This document shows positions 1 through 11,325 of a stretch of DNA of 64,000 bases, in pieces. How positions within the stretch are numbered: position 1 is the stretch's first letter; each line of letters opens with the position of its first letter. The notes under the pieces are model-generated. The model did not search any database, had not been told where the DNA came from, and saw only the letters and a program-made list of their open reading frames with translations. Origin of the DNA: Coniocarpon cinnabarinum (Eukaryota); NCBI GenBank assembly GCA_051942205.1, contig JAVECO010000004.1, positions 124,001-188,000 on the forward strand, in the 5' to 3' direction. The translations under genes and the position numbers were made by a program.

Positions 1-1336
1 GTAAACGTGAGCTCGCTCAAAAGCACATGAGACTATTTTTAGGCTACTAATTCTAGGGTCCCTTCAAGATAAGCGAAAGAGACAGGGTGACACCCAAGAA
101 GTCCTTCGATCGTGCCGCTAATGGGATGCGACGATATGTGGTACAAGAACCGGTTCCTGCAGATCCCTACATCACAATTTGGCGCAAGCAACCGACAGAT
201 AAAGGTATTGACATGTGCCTTTGAGTTCGAGCAGTTCTGCACCCAGCTGAGGCCAAGCAGAACTTGAAGGACGAACGTTGTTCCTATTTGCTAGTCTGGA
301 GAGTTCCTACCATTTGCAAGTGAGATTTGAATAGCGGCAGTAGAACCTTGACCAGGACCTTTGGTGACATAGCTTTGCACATCCCGCTTCGATGTGTTAG
401 TCTCCACTTGTTGCCAGAGATAGTCGCTAACTGGTCAGAAGACGGCAGAGAGACGACCCCGTTTGCCATTGAGAAACGGCGCACGTCTACAGGCCCAGAA
501 TAGTACTGCGTAACATGACTTTTCGCTCGATCAGACGCAATTCGCTACGTTGTTCCATGGTCCTTTCATCTAGAAAGTCTCAGGTCCAAGCCTTATTCTC
601 AGGCGAGCGCCAAGTAGAACTGATGCAGATGCGTGTAGAGTCCATGGGTAAAATATATGCGTGGACTAAGTTCTTGCTATTGAGATAGATTCGTGCCGAG
701 GTAGTGGAGCAGTGGAGCGGGCGAAGAAGCCGGGTAGTAACACAATGATATTAGGTCGACCCGCAATATTTCTCACAGTAGACGCATATCCCAATCAGAA
801 CGGCTATTGCTAGCACTGATTAAGGCGTGAACATGATACGTAAATACGAAGTACATTGTACCTACAATGCAACCCAATGACGCGACAAGCAGAGGGTAGA
901 TTAACGATCTGCAGACGCCACCCGGCAGCTACTCCCAGCAAACCATTCCAGCAAACCATTCCAGCGTGGTCTTTCTTGAGGCGGCATGGTGTAAAGCGCT
1001 AGAGCTTCCCCGGTGCGGCTTTTCCAAACATCTGCACGCGTCTTGTCACTGATTATCGTCCGTGCCCCTGCGCTGCGGCACACCTATGCAGATATGTGGC
1101 AAAGATCAACTTGGTCTTGGAGGACAACCGACTAACGCGTTACGTGTAACGCACGTCTGATAATAAAGGCTGACTGTGCCGATAAGTACTAAGCTGAGCT
1201 ACGTATGATTCGAAAAGCTTAATTAGCAAAGGTGCCGCGGCGTACTCACCAACTGAGATATATCGCCCCCTTCAAAGTGTAAATTCTTCGGATACAAAGT
1301 CTCTGCCAAGGCATTTATCTAGCTCAACTATCTCGA

Positions 1337-2716
1337 ATGGCGCTCTCGAGTGCAAGCCAGATGCCGGCGGCTCCAGCGCCTTCCGGACAAACTTCTCACT
1401 TGACAAGCCCACCAACACATGATAGCCCTTTCATCGCTGTCCCGGTCATATATTTAGTAATTACTACTCCCTTGCTAGCCATGAGATTATATACTCGCAA
1501 GTTTATCACACGTCGGGTATGGTGGGACGACTGTAAGCATGTCCAGTCGCTGAATGAGTCTACTGCTCATCGTCTTCTTTGGTCGACTGCGCTAATGAAT
1601 TCTGAAGGGACGTGTCTGCTCGGATGGGTGTTTCTTGTTGCCTTCGTCGCCCTTCTGATGCGGTGGTTAGACCTCGACGGAACAGCCGCAATGTGGAACA
1701 TCACAAAGGCAAGACAATTGGAGCTCCAAGAAGTACGTTTTGACACGTTGATACCGGAATAAGAAGGCTCATTCGACGCCGAAGCTTTTCAAGGATACAG
1801 AGATTGTCGCTCGAATCGGCATGTACTTCACAAGGACGTCCATACTCTTACTCCTCCACCGCATATTCGTCCCCGAAGGCGTACGTTATTCACTTAATTG
1901 GTGGGGAATCTGGATCACCATTTGCTGGAATCTGCTGTACGTTGTCGCACTCATCTTGTCCGTTCTTCTCGACTGCGTCAATAAGCCAGAAACAAAGCAG
2001 CAAGGGAAAAGCTGTGAGAATCAATCCGCCATACGCATTTGCGCCAGCGTCGTAAATGTCGTGACAGATTTGACCATACTGGGCATACCGCTACTGGCAA
2101 TTCGAGGACTGAACATGTCGCGAGCACGGAAGCTCAAGTGGTTCGCAGCGTTCTCGTTGGGCTTCTTGTACGTTTGGCCTTCCAATCTCTCCAACGGGCC
2201 GCTGCCATCCTCTTCCCACTTTACTAAACAACGTGAAACTACAGGGGTGTCCTAGCGAGTCTTGCGCGGCTTCTCTACCAAGTCCTTGAAGGCAACAGGC
2301 GGACGAACAAGGTGCTTGCCACTGTCTTACTGCTTTCGTAAGATTTCAGATCAACGTCGATAGGGTTTCTTGCTAACAAGCCTCCTCGCAGTCACACAGA
2401 AAAATTTAATGGCATATTGGTACCTTGTCTTGCGGCTTTGCCAGCATTCATTCGCAACGTGACTGGAACAAAAAGCGCAGACAGGGATCAGCCTGAAGAT
2501 CAGCGTTTCACTCAGTGGACATTGACAGGCCGAAACAGGCACGGTCAAACAAGCCCGTGGCCCAAGTCAAATCCTTACGAACAGCTCACGAGTGCGATCA
2601 GTAGCGACGACTTGGAGGCTCATGAAACATACCACGCTTTCGATAACGATACCGTCAAGCTCATGTCTGTGGGCGAAGCCCTCAAATCTACGCAAGCTGC
2701 ATTTACTTGCCGTTAA
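1337..2716 (+). CDS. PTH11-like (rhodopsin-domain) integral membrane protein, multi-exon
   Basis: Hydrophobic segments spread over ORFs 1337-1762, 1821-2255 and 2417-2716, with family-like motifs (RLYTRKFITRRVWWDD, RTSILLLLHRIF, NVVTDLTILGIPL..I..LNMSRARK, VPCLAALPAF). First donor GTAAGC near 1532. Exon boundaries approximate. Confidence 0.75.
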
Positions 2717-3238
2717 GACTTGGTCGCTAGGCATCATTAGATGATCGACTAGACAATGTCGTTTTCGTTGACAAAAGATTTCCGAGGCTTTCAAAAAATC
2801 ATAATAGGCAATATACGGTCAACTAGCGAGTCACAACGCTTCTTTTTGCACACAGCGCCACTTGAGAATGACACGATACAATGGACATCAGCATACCCGG
2901 TCAGATCACTCCAGCACGGATCCCTCTCGAAAGTTGTACGTACCGTCAGCAGTTTTGAAAACGGCGAGGCGGCACACTGGAAGATACACCAACGGAGATA
3001 TCATGTATTGTTCTTTGCGAATGAAGGTCGTGTGTTCTTGAGTATTTCAGTTTCAGTTTCAGTAGCAATTCGAATTGATATGCCCGTGATGCCGTATAGA
3101 CATCTTCGGACCAGACCGACCCGAAGACCGAACTGAGTCAAGGACCTTTCATCTTGCAGCAGATCTCCATAGCACAAGATGACGCTCTATCCAAGTATTT
3201 GAGCAACCACCGATGTCTTGCAACAGACATAGCTCCGC

Positions 3239-4990
3239 ATGCTTCCTTGCCGACTGCTGCGACTTCGATCAGCAGCTCTCCGAGCACCTAAAGTTGCAGT
3301 CCGACTTCGACACTCGGGCGCAAAGATGACTTCCGCCACACCCATTGGCGCAAATACCTATCAAGGCTGGAGCAACGAAGCGCTCATTGCTCGTGTCACT
3401 GAGCTGGAGAAGCAGCTCAGCGAGAAGAATCGGTGCGGCTAGTATCAAAATCCCAACAGACACGAAACTAACACAAAGTGCAGAAAAGGGCTAGCTATCC
3501 AGGATGCCTCTCCAGCGTCCTCGATCTCTCGTCCCGAACCACCCAAGAAGAAGCGAAAAGCCAATGGTAGCCGTCTTTTCAATCCGGATAAATACAACAC
3601 TCGCTTTATTGCATTGAAGATTGCGTATATGGGCCATAAATACAATGGGTTTGAGGCTCACGTGGGCAACACGACACCTTTGCCAACCATTGAAGAGGTG
3701 CTGTGGCATGCGCTGGTTAAGACGAAACTAATATTCAAGAATGAGGATGAGTCACTGAACTGGGATGGCTGTGAGTACTCGAAGTGTGGTCGTACGGACA
3801 AGGGCGTGAGTGCTTTTGGACAAGTGGTCGGGATCAGATTGCGTAGCAATAGACCTAAACAAGATGAGGCAGCAAAAGGTCTGGCAACATCGGATGAAAA
3901 TGGAATGGAAGAGCATAATTCCGAAGCGGATCAAGACTTTGACGACATTCAAGATGAGCTACCCTATCCCCACATCCTCAATCGTGTCCTTCCGCCAGAC
4001 ATACGCGTCCTGGCATGGTGCCCAAATCCTCCATCAGGCTTCTCTGCCCGTTTCTCGTGTCGACAACGCAAGTATCGGTACTTCTTTACGCAGCCCGCAT
4101 GGTGTCCGTCTCCGACAACCAGCGTACCAAATGGGCAATCCCCTGGACGACTGGATATTGAAGCCATGAGAGCTGCAGCTCGGAAGTTTGTTGGCCTCCA
4201 CGATCTACGCAACTTTTGCAAGCTGGATCCATCCAAGCAGATCTCAAACTTCGAGCGCCGCATTGAGCGTGCTGAGATCGTCGCGCTGCCGGACAAACAA
4301 CTCGGACTACCCTTTGTGGAGTCGCAGGCAACATCACAAGACGGTCACGTCGAGCACATGTATTCCTTCGACGTATCGGGTTCAGCGTTCTTGTGGCATC
4401 AAGTGCGATGCATGGTCGGGGTGCTGTTTCTGATTGGACAGGGCTTTGAAACACCAGAGCTCGTAGATCGACTCCTCGACGTGCAGAATCTACCTGGCAG
4501 GCCTGTCTATGACAAGGCTGACGATCGACCGCTTGTATTGTGGGAGTGCATGTTCCCTGCTTCGGGCCAAGATCCTACCCAAGACTCCCTGAAGTGGATA
4601 TATGCTGGCGACCAGAGGCCATCAAAGGGCCGCAACGCTTCGTCCAATAGCTACGGCGAGGGTCGCTTTGGTATCAACGGCATTAATGAAATTTTATGGG
4701 AGCAGTGGCAAACGAAAAAGATCGATGAGGTGCTGTCCGGTGAGCTGCTGAACATCGCACAGTCCACGCGCTCGTCATCCGTGTCGAGTATTGAGAATGG
4801 TTATAGAAAGCCGGTCGCAAGGGTTTTTGATGGTGGTGGCAGTTTGCGAAACAAAGGTGACTACGTTCCAGTAATGGAACGCCACCGTCTTGACCCACCA
4901 GATGTGTTGAATGCTCGATGGCGAGAAAACAACAAGAGCAAAGCCCAACGCAGCTCAAGGGCAATGCTGAACGATGAAGCGGACGAATAA
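3239..4990 (+). CDS. DEG1: tRNA pseudouridine(38/39) synthase, TruA family
   Basis: Motifs KIAYMGHKYNG, YSKCGRTDKGVSA, FSARFSC, HDLRNFCK and GSAFLWHQVRCM. Intron 3433-3483 (GTGCGG...ACTAAC...CAG) joins the 3239 ORF in frame. Confidence 0.93.
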
Positions 4991-4996
4991 TCGTCA

Positions 4997-5686
4997 TCAA
5001 GTTTTTTCCCTCTGATACAGGACTTCCTTCGAGCCGCGCCAGACTTGCTCCAAGATCTCAAGCCTAGGCATGAGCTTAGGGAACACCACCTCAACTTCTT
5101 TTTCGCCTTCGACGATGACGGCGAGATAGAACTTGACCTCGAAGCCTTTGAATGCTTCGTGGATAAAGATGTCTTGTATTTGGGTTGTGGGAATAAAGCG
5201 TGTAGACGTCGTGGACAAGTAAGTTGGTGAAGAAGTTGAGATTTGTATACCCAAGCCGCGTATCACCAACAGCGACTCTTCTACGTAATCTGAGTTAGCC
5301 ATCCATACAAAGCGCCAACAATAGCAGCACGCACCGAAGCTGTTGCGTTGGCACAAACTCCATATTATGACAACAGAGCCAAGGATCAAAAACCAGCTCG
5401 CTTGTCCTGTCATTACCAAACCTGATCCATGCAGCTGATTGTGCAAAGGTTCCCAGTCCAGCAGCTCGAAGCCAGTCTCAAGGCCGTGTATAGTTTCAAA
5501 CAACAATGATGCCGCCAAGTATGCTAGACTCAGGACTATCAATGCACGAACTGTCAAGCTCAAGATGTTAACGAATTGAGAGGTCCGCGTTTGCAGCGGC
5601 CTGCCATTGGATACAGTGTACTGAGTGGTAGTTGGTGAAGGCTGAACGATGTCCAATTTTAGTGGACATTGACCAAACAGCGGCAT
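4997..5686 (-). CDS. GPI15: GPI-GlcNAc transferase complex PIG-H subunit
   Basis: PIG-H-like C-terminus EESLLVIRGLGIQ...TRFIPTTQIQDIFIHEAFKGFEVKFYLAVIVEGE..VVFPKLMPR. In-frame 54-nt intron 5334-5281. ATG at 5686. Confidence 0.88.
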   Translation of the reverse strand: MPLFGQCPLKLDIVQPSPTTTQYTVSNGRPLQTRTSQFVNILSLTVRALIVLSLAYLAASLLFETIHGLETGFELLDWEPLHNQLHGSGLVMTGQASWFLILGSVVIIWSLCQRNSFGACCYCWRFVWMANSDYVEESLLVIRGLGIQISTSSPTYLSTTSTRFIPTTQIQDIFIHEAFKGFEVKFYLAVIVEGEKEVEVVFPKLMPRLEILEQVWRGSKEVLYQREKT

Positions 5687-5885
5687 ATCAGTGTGCAGTG
5701 TAGACTCTGTGGTTTTACGACCGTATCGTTGGAAGGACAGGACGATCAAAGTCACGTGGTTTCGCGTCCCAATTTGCGACGAAAATCTCGAACTAGCATA
5801 GCGCGAGACGCGCCCCTTTTCATTGTCCCACACAGTAAGACGACATCATTTGCTTCTGCATTCCACAGATTTGCGCGCGTCCATT

Positions 5886-6766
5886 ATGGACGGTGAACAC
5901 TCTAATTGTGCGTGCTGTAAAGTCACTGATGGTGCAACGCATCTCTTGCAATGCAAGCGTTGCAGATCTGTGGCGTATTGCTCCAAGGCGTGCCAGTCCG
6001 CAGACTGGGACTCTCACAAGTCCGAATGCAAGCGTCAGAACTATGTCTTCGAATAGCAATTGAGACATAGCCGTATCACAAATTCAGCAGTCAAACGCAC
6101 TTTGTCGTGCCCAGCAAATGCAACCTTTCATGGTCTGCATCAAGCCCTGCAAATTGCCTTTGGCTGGACCACCACTGATCTATACGAGTTCGGGATTGGC
6201 ATCATGCCCCGAGGTCAACCCATCAGTCGCCAGGTTGCTGAGGCTGACCATTCGATGCCATTTGTCTGGTTCATCACTGGACCGCAAAACTTGAAAAATC
6301 GACCAGAGAAGCAAGCAATGGATCAAATACTGGGGTCGCTGCCGATTCGCATCGAAACCGCAGAGCTATCTTCTCACAAGACCAAACTTTGCCGAATCCT
6401 GGACACCTTGACGGAGAGTACGCGTGCCTTCTTTTCAGACATAACACAATGCACTGCTCATATCTCGCAGGTCAAGGTCCTTGGTACGACTATGGCTTCA
6501 GCGACAATTGGGGTCGTGAGGTCACTTCCATCTTACGATCGCCTGCAACTCAACATTTCCAGTGTCTTGACGGCTGTGGCCCCCATGTACCACAAGGTAT
6601 CTCGCCACTTCCTGGCGCACTAGGGTTCATGGAAGTATTCTGTAGGCCGCAGGACGGGCATGAATTGCACGCAGACAATAGCAAGCAGAAGATGTTCGGA
6701 AATGGGCGGGAGATGTCCTGGGGCAAAGATGACGTGAATGCGAAACTAGCACGTCTTGCACTTTGA
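5886..6766 (+). pseudogene. MYND zinc finger plus pRiA4b ORF-3-like protein with an in-frame TAG (pseudogene or readthrough gene)
   Basis: MYND motif CACCK...LLQCKRCRSVAYCSKACQSADWDSHKSEC, then TAG at 6054-6056, then in frame RTLSCPANATFHGLHQALQIAFGW. Intron 6418-6470 leads to YDYGFSDNW, a degenerate YDFGDNW motif. Confidence 0.7.
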
Positions 6767-7084
6767 GAGCGCTACGTGATGCATACGATTGCTGACTGTG
6801 GTCATTATCTATCTGTAGATGCTAATCATCATATTTACTGACGCCGTCTCAGCATGTTTCAGATATGAACAAAGAAAGTTTCCCGTCTCCGCTTACATAC
6901 GGCGCCGTTTTCGGCATTCATCATTTTCCTGAGCCAGCCGGGCGCCTTTGTTTTCCTTAGCCGAGTAGTGCACAATATACAAAACCTTCAGAATGTCGCA
7001 AAGAAATTTGATCGCTATGAGAATTAATCCACTCAGGAACTGGCTTCCTCACTGAACGATTGTTACCAATTTTAAATAGCGAAG

Positions 7085-9183
7085 ATGCATTCTCAGCCAA
7101 AGGTGAGGTCCTTGTTTTGGATCATCTCTGCTGTGGTGCTGCTTGTGACTGTGTTGCCAACTAAAGCAAATGGCGATTGGTGGAACTTAGGCAAGCGCGG
7201 TGAAGAATCCAGTAAGCGACATAAGCAGAACCCAAGAACGCAAACACCCACTGGTCAAGCGTGTGTCTAACGTCTCATGTTGTCCCAGATAGTGTGGATG
7301 TACCCGAGACTGGCGCGCCTTCATCCATACAAGCAAGAGAGTCCGCAGGAGCGACTGAGCCAGGACTTAGCCAAACGCAGCCCCTCTTCATCACAGATGA
7401 GGCAGTGCAGCAAGCTGCAGATGCAGAGGCACACCTGCCTACTTCAATTGAAGAACGAGATAATGGCGAGAATGCTGGCGCTGTTATGGCTTCATTCGCC
7501 AGTGCGTATGGCTCTCAACACTCACAACATACTTCAAGCAAGCCTCCTTCGAGCAAGCCTCCTTCAAGCCAGCCTCCAATGACCTCTCAGTCACTTCCGG
7601 GCGACTTTGACGGATATGGTGATAGTCCTATTTATTCACATGGTCCAGAAGGTACCTATGAAGGTGGTAGTGTGCAAAAGATCAAGGCGCGAGCTCCGCC
7701 CACACCTCCTCCATCTCTCGAGCCCCAGGAACGAGCTCTGATTTCTTCACTGCTGGCGAGATCTGTTCCCTCAGAACATGATGCATCACCAGTGGCTCGT
7801 CGGGACGCTGACAACAGTGGAATAGAGTTTCCAGATTTCTGGCAACGCGACGAACGTGGTGGGCCTGAGGAGACAGGAGCAATTTCTCTCGCGCAGCGCA
7901 GTGTCGAGGCTGAAGCCACCCCAACCGTTGCCCAATCTGCAGATGCGTACGAAGAATTCGGCAAGCAGCTCCACGCTCGAGACCCAGATCTTGCCTTGAA
8001 ATTTTCAAGTTACCGGGCGGATATGGCAAAGTCCAAATCCTCGATATCCTCGCGAGTGGAAAGTGAGGTGGCGAAGCATACCCATCATCCTCGTCATGCA
8101 GACTTTCACAAGCCAGAGTTTCCTGGACATCCGCGAGATGTGCCCCAAGCCGATGCGGGTGCTGACTCGAACACTGCCAATAATGGTCAGCACGATGATT
8201 CTGAAGAAGACGGAATGCCTGGAGATGATGCCACGGGAATGTTAGCGCGGGTTCGACGTAGCCCTGCGGAGAATTCTGCAACCGAGGCAGACGCGATTCC
8301 AGGAAGACTTGCAGAGAGGGGCGAAATGGAAGAACTTGCGGCAGGAATGCAAGGAAGATATGATGCTCCTCCATCTACTCAGGTGCCTCCGCCTGCTAGC
8401 AGCAGGCATCATCCTCCTGGATGGTCAATCACCTGGCACCCGGGGCCAAGCAGTGTCGATCTCTCGAACGACGACGCCTCTTCGATGTCGACATCGAGTA
8501 AGCATGGGCATCACAAACGCAATTCTCCGCCAAGCACAGAAGAGGCTACTGGGGCGATACCAGCGCCAACCGCGACAGGCTCGGATGGACAAGCTATCAC
8601 GCCAGAAGCGGATGAGTTCGACGCTCCTAGGCCAACTCCCCTAGTCAATGTCGACGAAGGGGCTGATGATGCTGGAACACAAGGGTCTGCTTACCTTCAC
8701 GTGCGCGACCTTGAGGACGACACTGCTGCAGAAGCGGAAGCGACGAAGCAATGGTATGCAGAGCGCGCTGCTGAAGCCTTCGACTCAGAGGACGAGACCG
8801 AAGAGGCAGACGAGCTTGTGGAGCGCGACCCTGAAGCAGAGGCGAGGAAAAAAGTCCACGGTATTGAAGAAGGTGGAGGGCCCGTCAAGCGTAACCCAGA
8901 AGCGGAAGCAAGGAAAAAAGTGCACGGCATTGAAGAAGGTGGAGGGCCCGTCAAGCGTGACCCCGAAGCAGAGGCAAGGAAAAAGGTTCACGGCATTGAA
9001 GAAGGTGGAGGGCCCGTAAAGCGTGACCCAGAAGCAGAGGCAATCGAGGAAATCCACCAAACCGGAATTGAAGAAGACAGCGGATTGGCGAAGCGTGACC
9101 CTGAAGCATACGCGGCTGCTGAAGCCGAAGCCGAAGCCACGAGGGAGTGGTGGGAAAAACGGTCGGCTGAAGCCGAGGCGTGA
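7085..9183 (+). CDS. Secreted Kex2/Ste13-processed repeat protein (KEP-like peptide precursor)
   Basis: Signal-peptide exon (MHSQ...VVLLVTVLPTKA) and intron 7212-7288 (GTAAGC...CTAAC...CAG). Many KR/RR/xR sites are followed by DP-EA-EA dipeptides. Three identical RKKVHGIEEGGGPV cores. Confidence 0.8.
8827..9042 (+). repeat. 66-bp coding tandem repeat, three copies plus a degenerate fourth, encoding (D/N)PEAEARKKVHGIEEGGGPVKR
   Basis: Units start at 8827, 8893 and 8959. Differences between units are almost all synonymous. Confidence 0.95.
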
Positions 9184-9932
9184 ATGAAGGTGGGTGGTGG
9201 TGGTAGTGGTGGTACCCATTTTAAGGGAAATTCCATGCCGTGCGTGCCCCGAGATGGATCATCTGGATCGGAAAAGCGCTCAGCTGAAGCAGAGGCGAAG
9301 TTGAAGCATGGAAGCACCGGAGAAGCCAATGTCAATTATTGCCCACCCCACGAATGATGGGGGAGCAGTTGAGGAGTTCACAAAAGGGTATTCGCCACTC
9401 GAAGATGGATGTCGATGGGGACCTCTCTGTTGTAAACAGGCATGGTTGGTGAGGCAGGAGAATGAAAGGGGAAGAGGAGAGTTGGGGATGTATGATTTTG
9501 CTTTGGAATGCAGACGATCGAAAGCAGCTTGCACAGGCTATAAATACTCTTGGAGTCTTTCGATCTGCAGGAAATAGCCTACCGTGTATCTACGACGGTC
9601 GTGATTGATATGTTGGCGGCTGCGTTACGGAATTGCAGGACGTTAGGAACCATAGCTTGCGATTTATGGCGACAACGAAGCCATGTATTACGGCAATGCA
9701 TAGAGAAGGTTGAGTCGCGCGAGTTCATGCGGCTTCTAGATATGTGCTAGATGCACGTGACGAACTAGCCACGGGCAGGGTAGCTGTATGGATATGTGCA
9801 CACGGGATTGATCGGTCGTGAGCGGCTGAGATTCGAGATAGTGTATGCCCAGGTGATCTACCTACGGTGATCGGTCTTGGATGTCGACCGCGACAGACTG
9901 CACCTATTATATCAAAACCAGTCGAAGCCAAT

Positions 9933-11110
9933 ATGGCCACAGCTGGCCGTGCTACAGGCTCACAGTGCCGTCGAGGCGCCGCGCGCGCTTGGTCTCCGCA
10001 ATGTCTATACAAGCGAATACCAGTAAATCAACCATGCAACGCCGCTTCCTTTGCAACGGCAACACGATTTCGCCAGTCAGAGCATCACTTCCAGCCTCCA
10101 ATAGATCCACGGACCGAGACTCAACCTCCTCCCACAGACCGCGACTTTGTGCCTCAAGAACCTCTGGAGCTCGATGCGTCGAGATTCCAGCGGCCGAATG
10201 ACACAATGGCGCCTGACGAGACGGACATCAAGAAGAAAATTGAGCAAGATCTCTTCAGATTAGCCAGGTACGCCTTATGTTCTGCCCCTCTACCGATTGA
10301 GAAGACTCTAACAAGACTATCTGCAGATCCCGCGATATACCTGTTCCTTCATCACTCACTGCACATCCCATGAACCCTGCCAGTCCGCGTATGCCAAAAC
10401 CCGTACAAGCTCTCTATCTTACCCCGCTCAAGCGACCGCCGAAATACAACATTCCCACCGCGACGCTCCAACTGCGCTCGTATTCTGCTCGCAACCTCGA
10501 GTTCATGGCGGACTTTGCCCTTCGCGCCGCCTACTACCTCAATTTGCCTGCGAAGGGGCCCGTGCCTATGCCCAGAATTACTGAGCGTTTCACGGTCCCT
10601 CGCTCGGTGTTCGTGCACAAGAAGGCGCAGGAAAATTGGGAGCGTGTCACGCTCCGCAGGATGATTCAGATTGTTGATGGAGAACCCAGCGTGATTCAGA
10701 GATGGTTAGCCTTTGTTAGGAAATGGAGTTGGTATGGTGTTGGCATGAAAGCCAACATTTGGGAATACGAGGCGTTGCCGGAACAATTGAGTAAAGAGGA
10801 GAGGGAGGCGCGGCAAAAGGAGGAGATCGAGCGGGGAATGGAGACGGTTGATTGGAGTTTGTTTGGACGGCGGAAGGGGATGGAGGGTGAGAAGGAGGTG
10901 GCGCAGCTGCTCGAGCGACAGGGCTTTGGAGCGGGAACGATTAGTGAGGCGTTGAAGGCGGTGGGAGGGGATGGGGCTGGTGCTTTCAGTGCGCAACAGT
11001 TGAGAGAAGGAGAGAAAGTGCGAAGGACCATGGATCGAGAGGGAGATGTGAGTGCGTTTCGGAGGGAGATGACAGACCTTGGGCGGCCGAATCGACAAAT
11101 GGATCATTGA
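9933..11110 (+). CDS. RSM10: Mitochondrial ribosomal protein S10 (uS10m)
   Basis: Arg/Ala-rich presequence from ATG 9933, intron 10268-10326, and S10 domain LQLRSYSARNLEFMADFALRAAYYLNLPAKGPVPMPRITERFTVPRSVFVHKKAQENWER. Confidence 0.92.
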
Positions 11111-11325
11111 TATCTAGCGGAATCACATTGTATATATGACTGTACCGTACACTGAGCTTCGTATCTTCGATGGCACTTCTGGCTCGAAGTGAACCCTATG
11201 CCACGATTGAAGATTGATGGACATTACAATGCAGAGCTCTGACATACGGATCTTGAATCCATCGACGATGTCGAATAGATCTGAGAAGGGTAAAAGCAAT
11301 GTTGCTCGGTCGTTAATAATATATC

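Noticed and set aside
1..560. Partial minus-strand gene at the window start
   Set aside because: Only short ORFs with no recognisable motif; no supportable model.
8827..9042. Calling the repeat precursor an alpha-factor mating pheromone
   Set aside because: The processing sites match, but the core lacks the Trp/Cys-rich WC...GQPC pattern typical of Pezizomycotina alpha-pheromones, and the precursor is much longer and heterogeneous.
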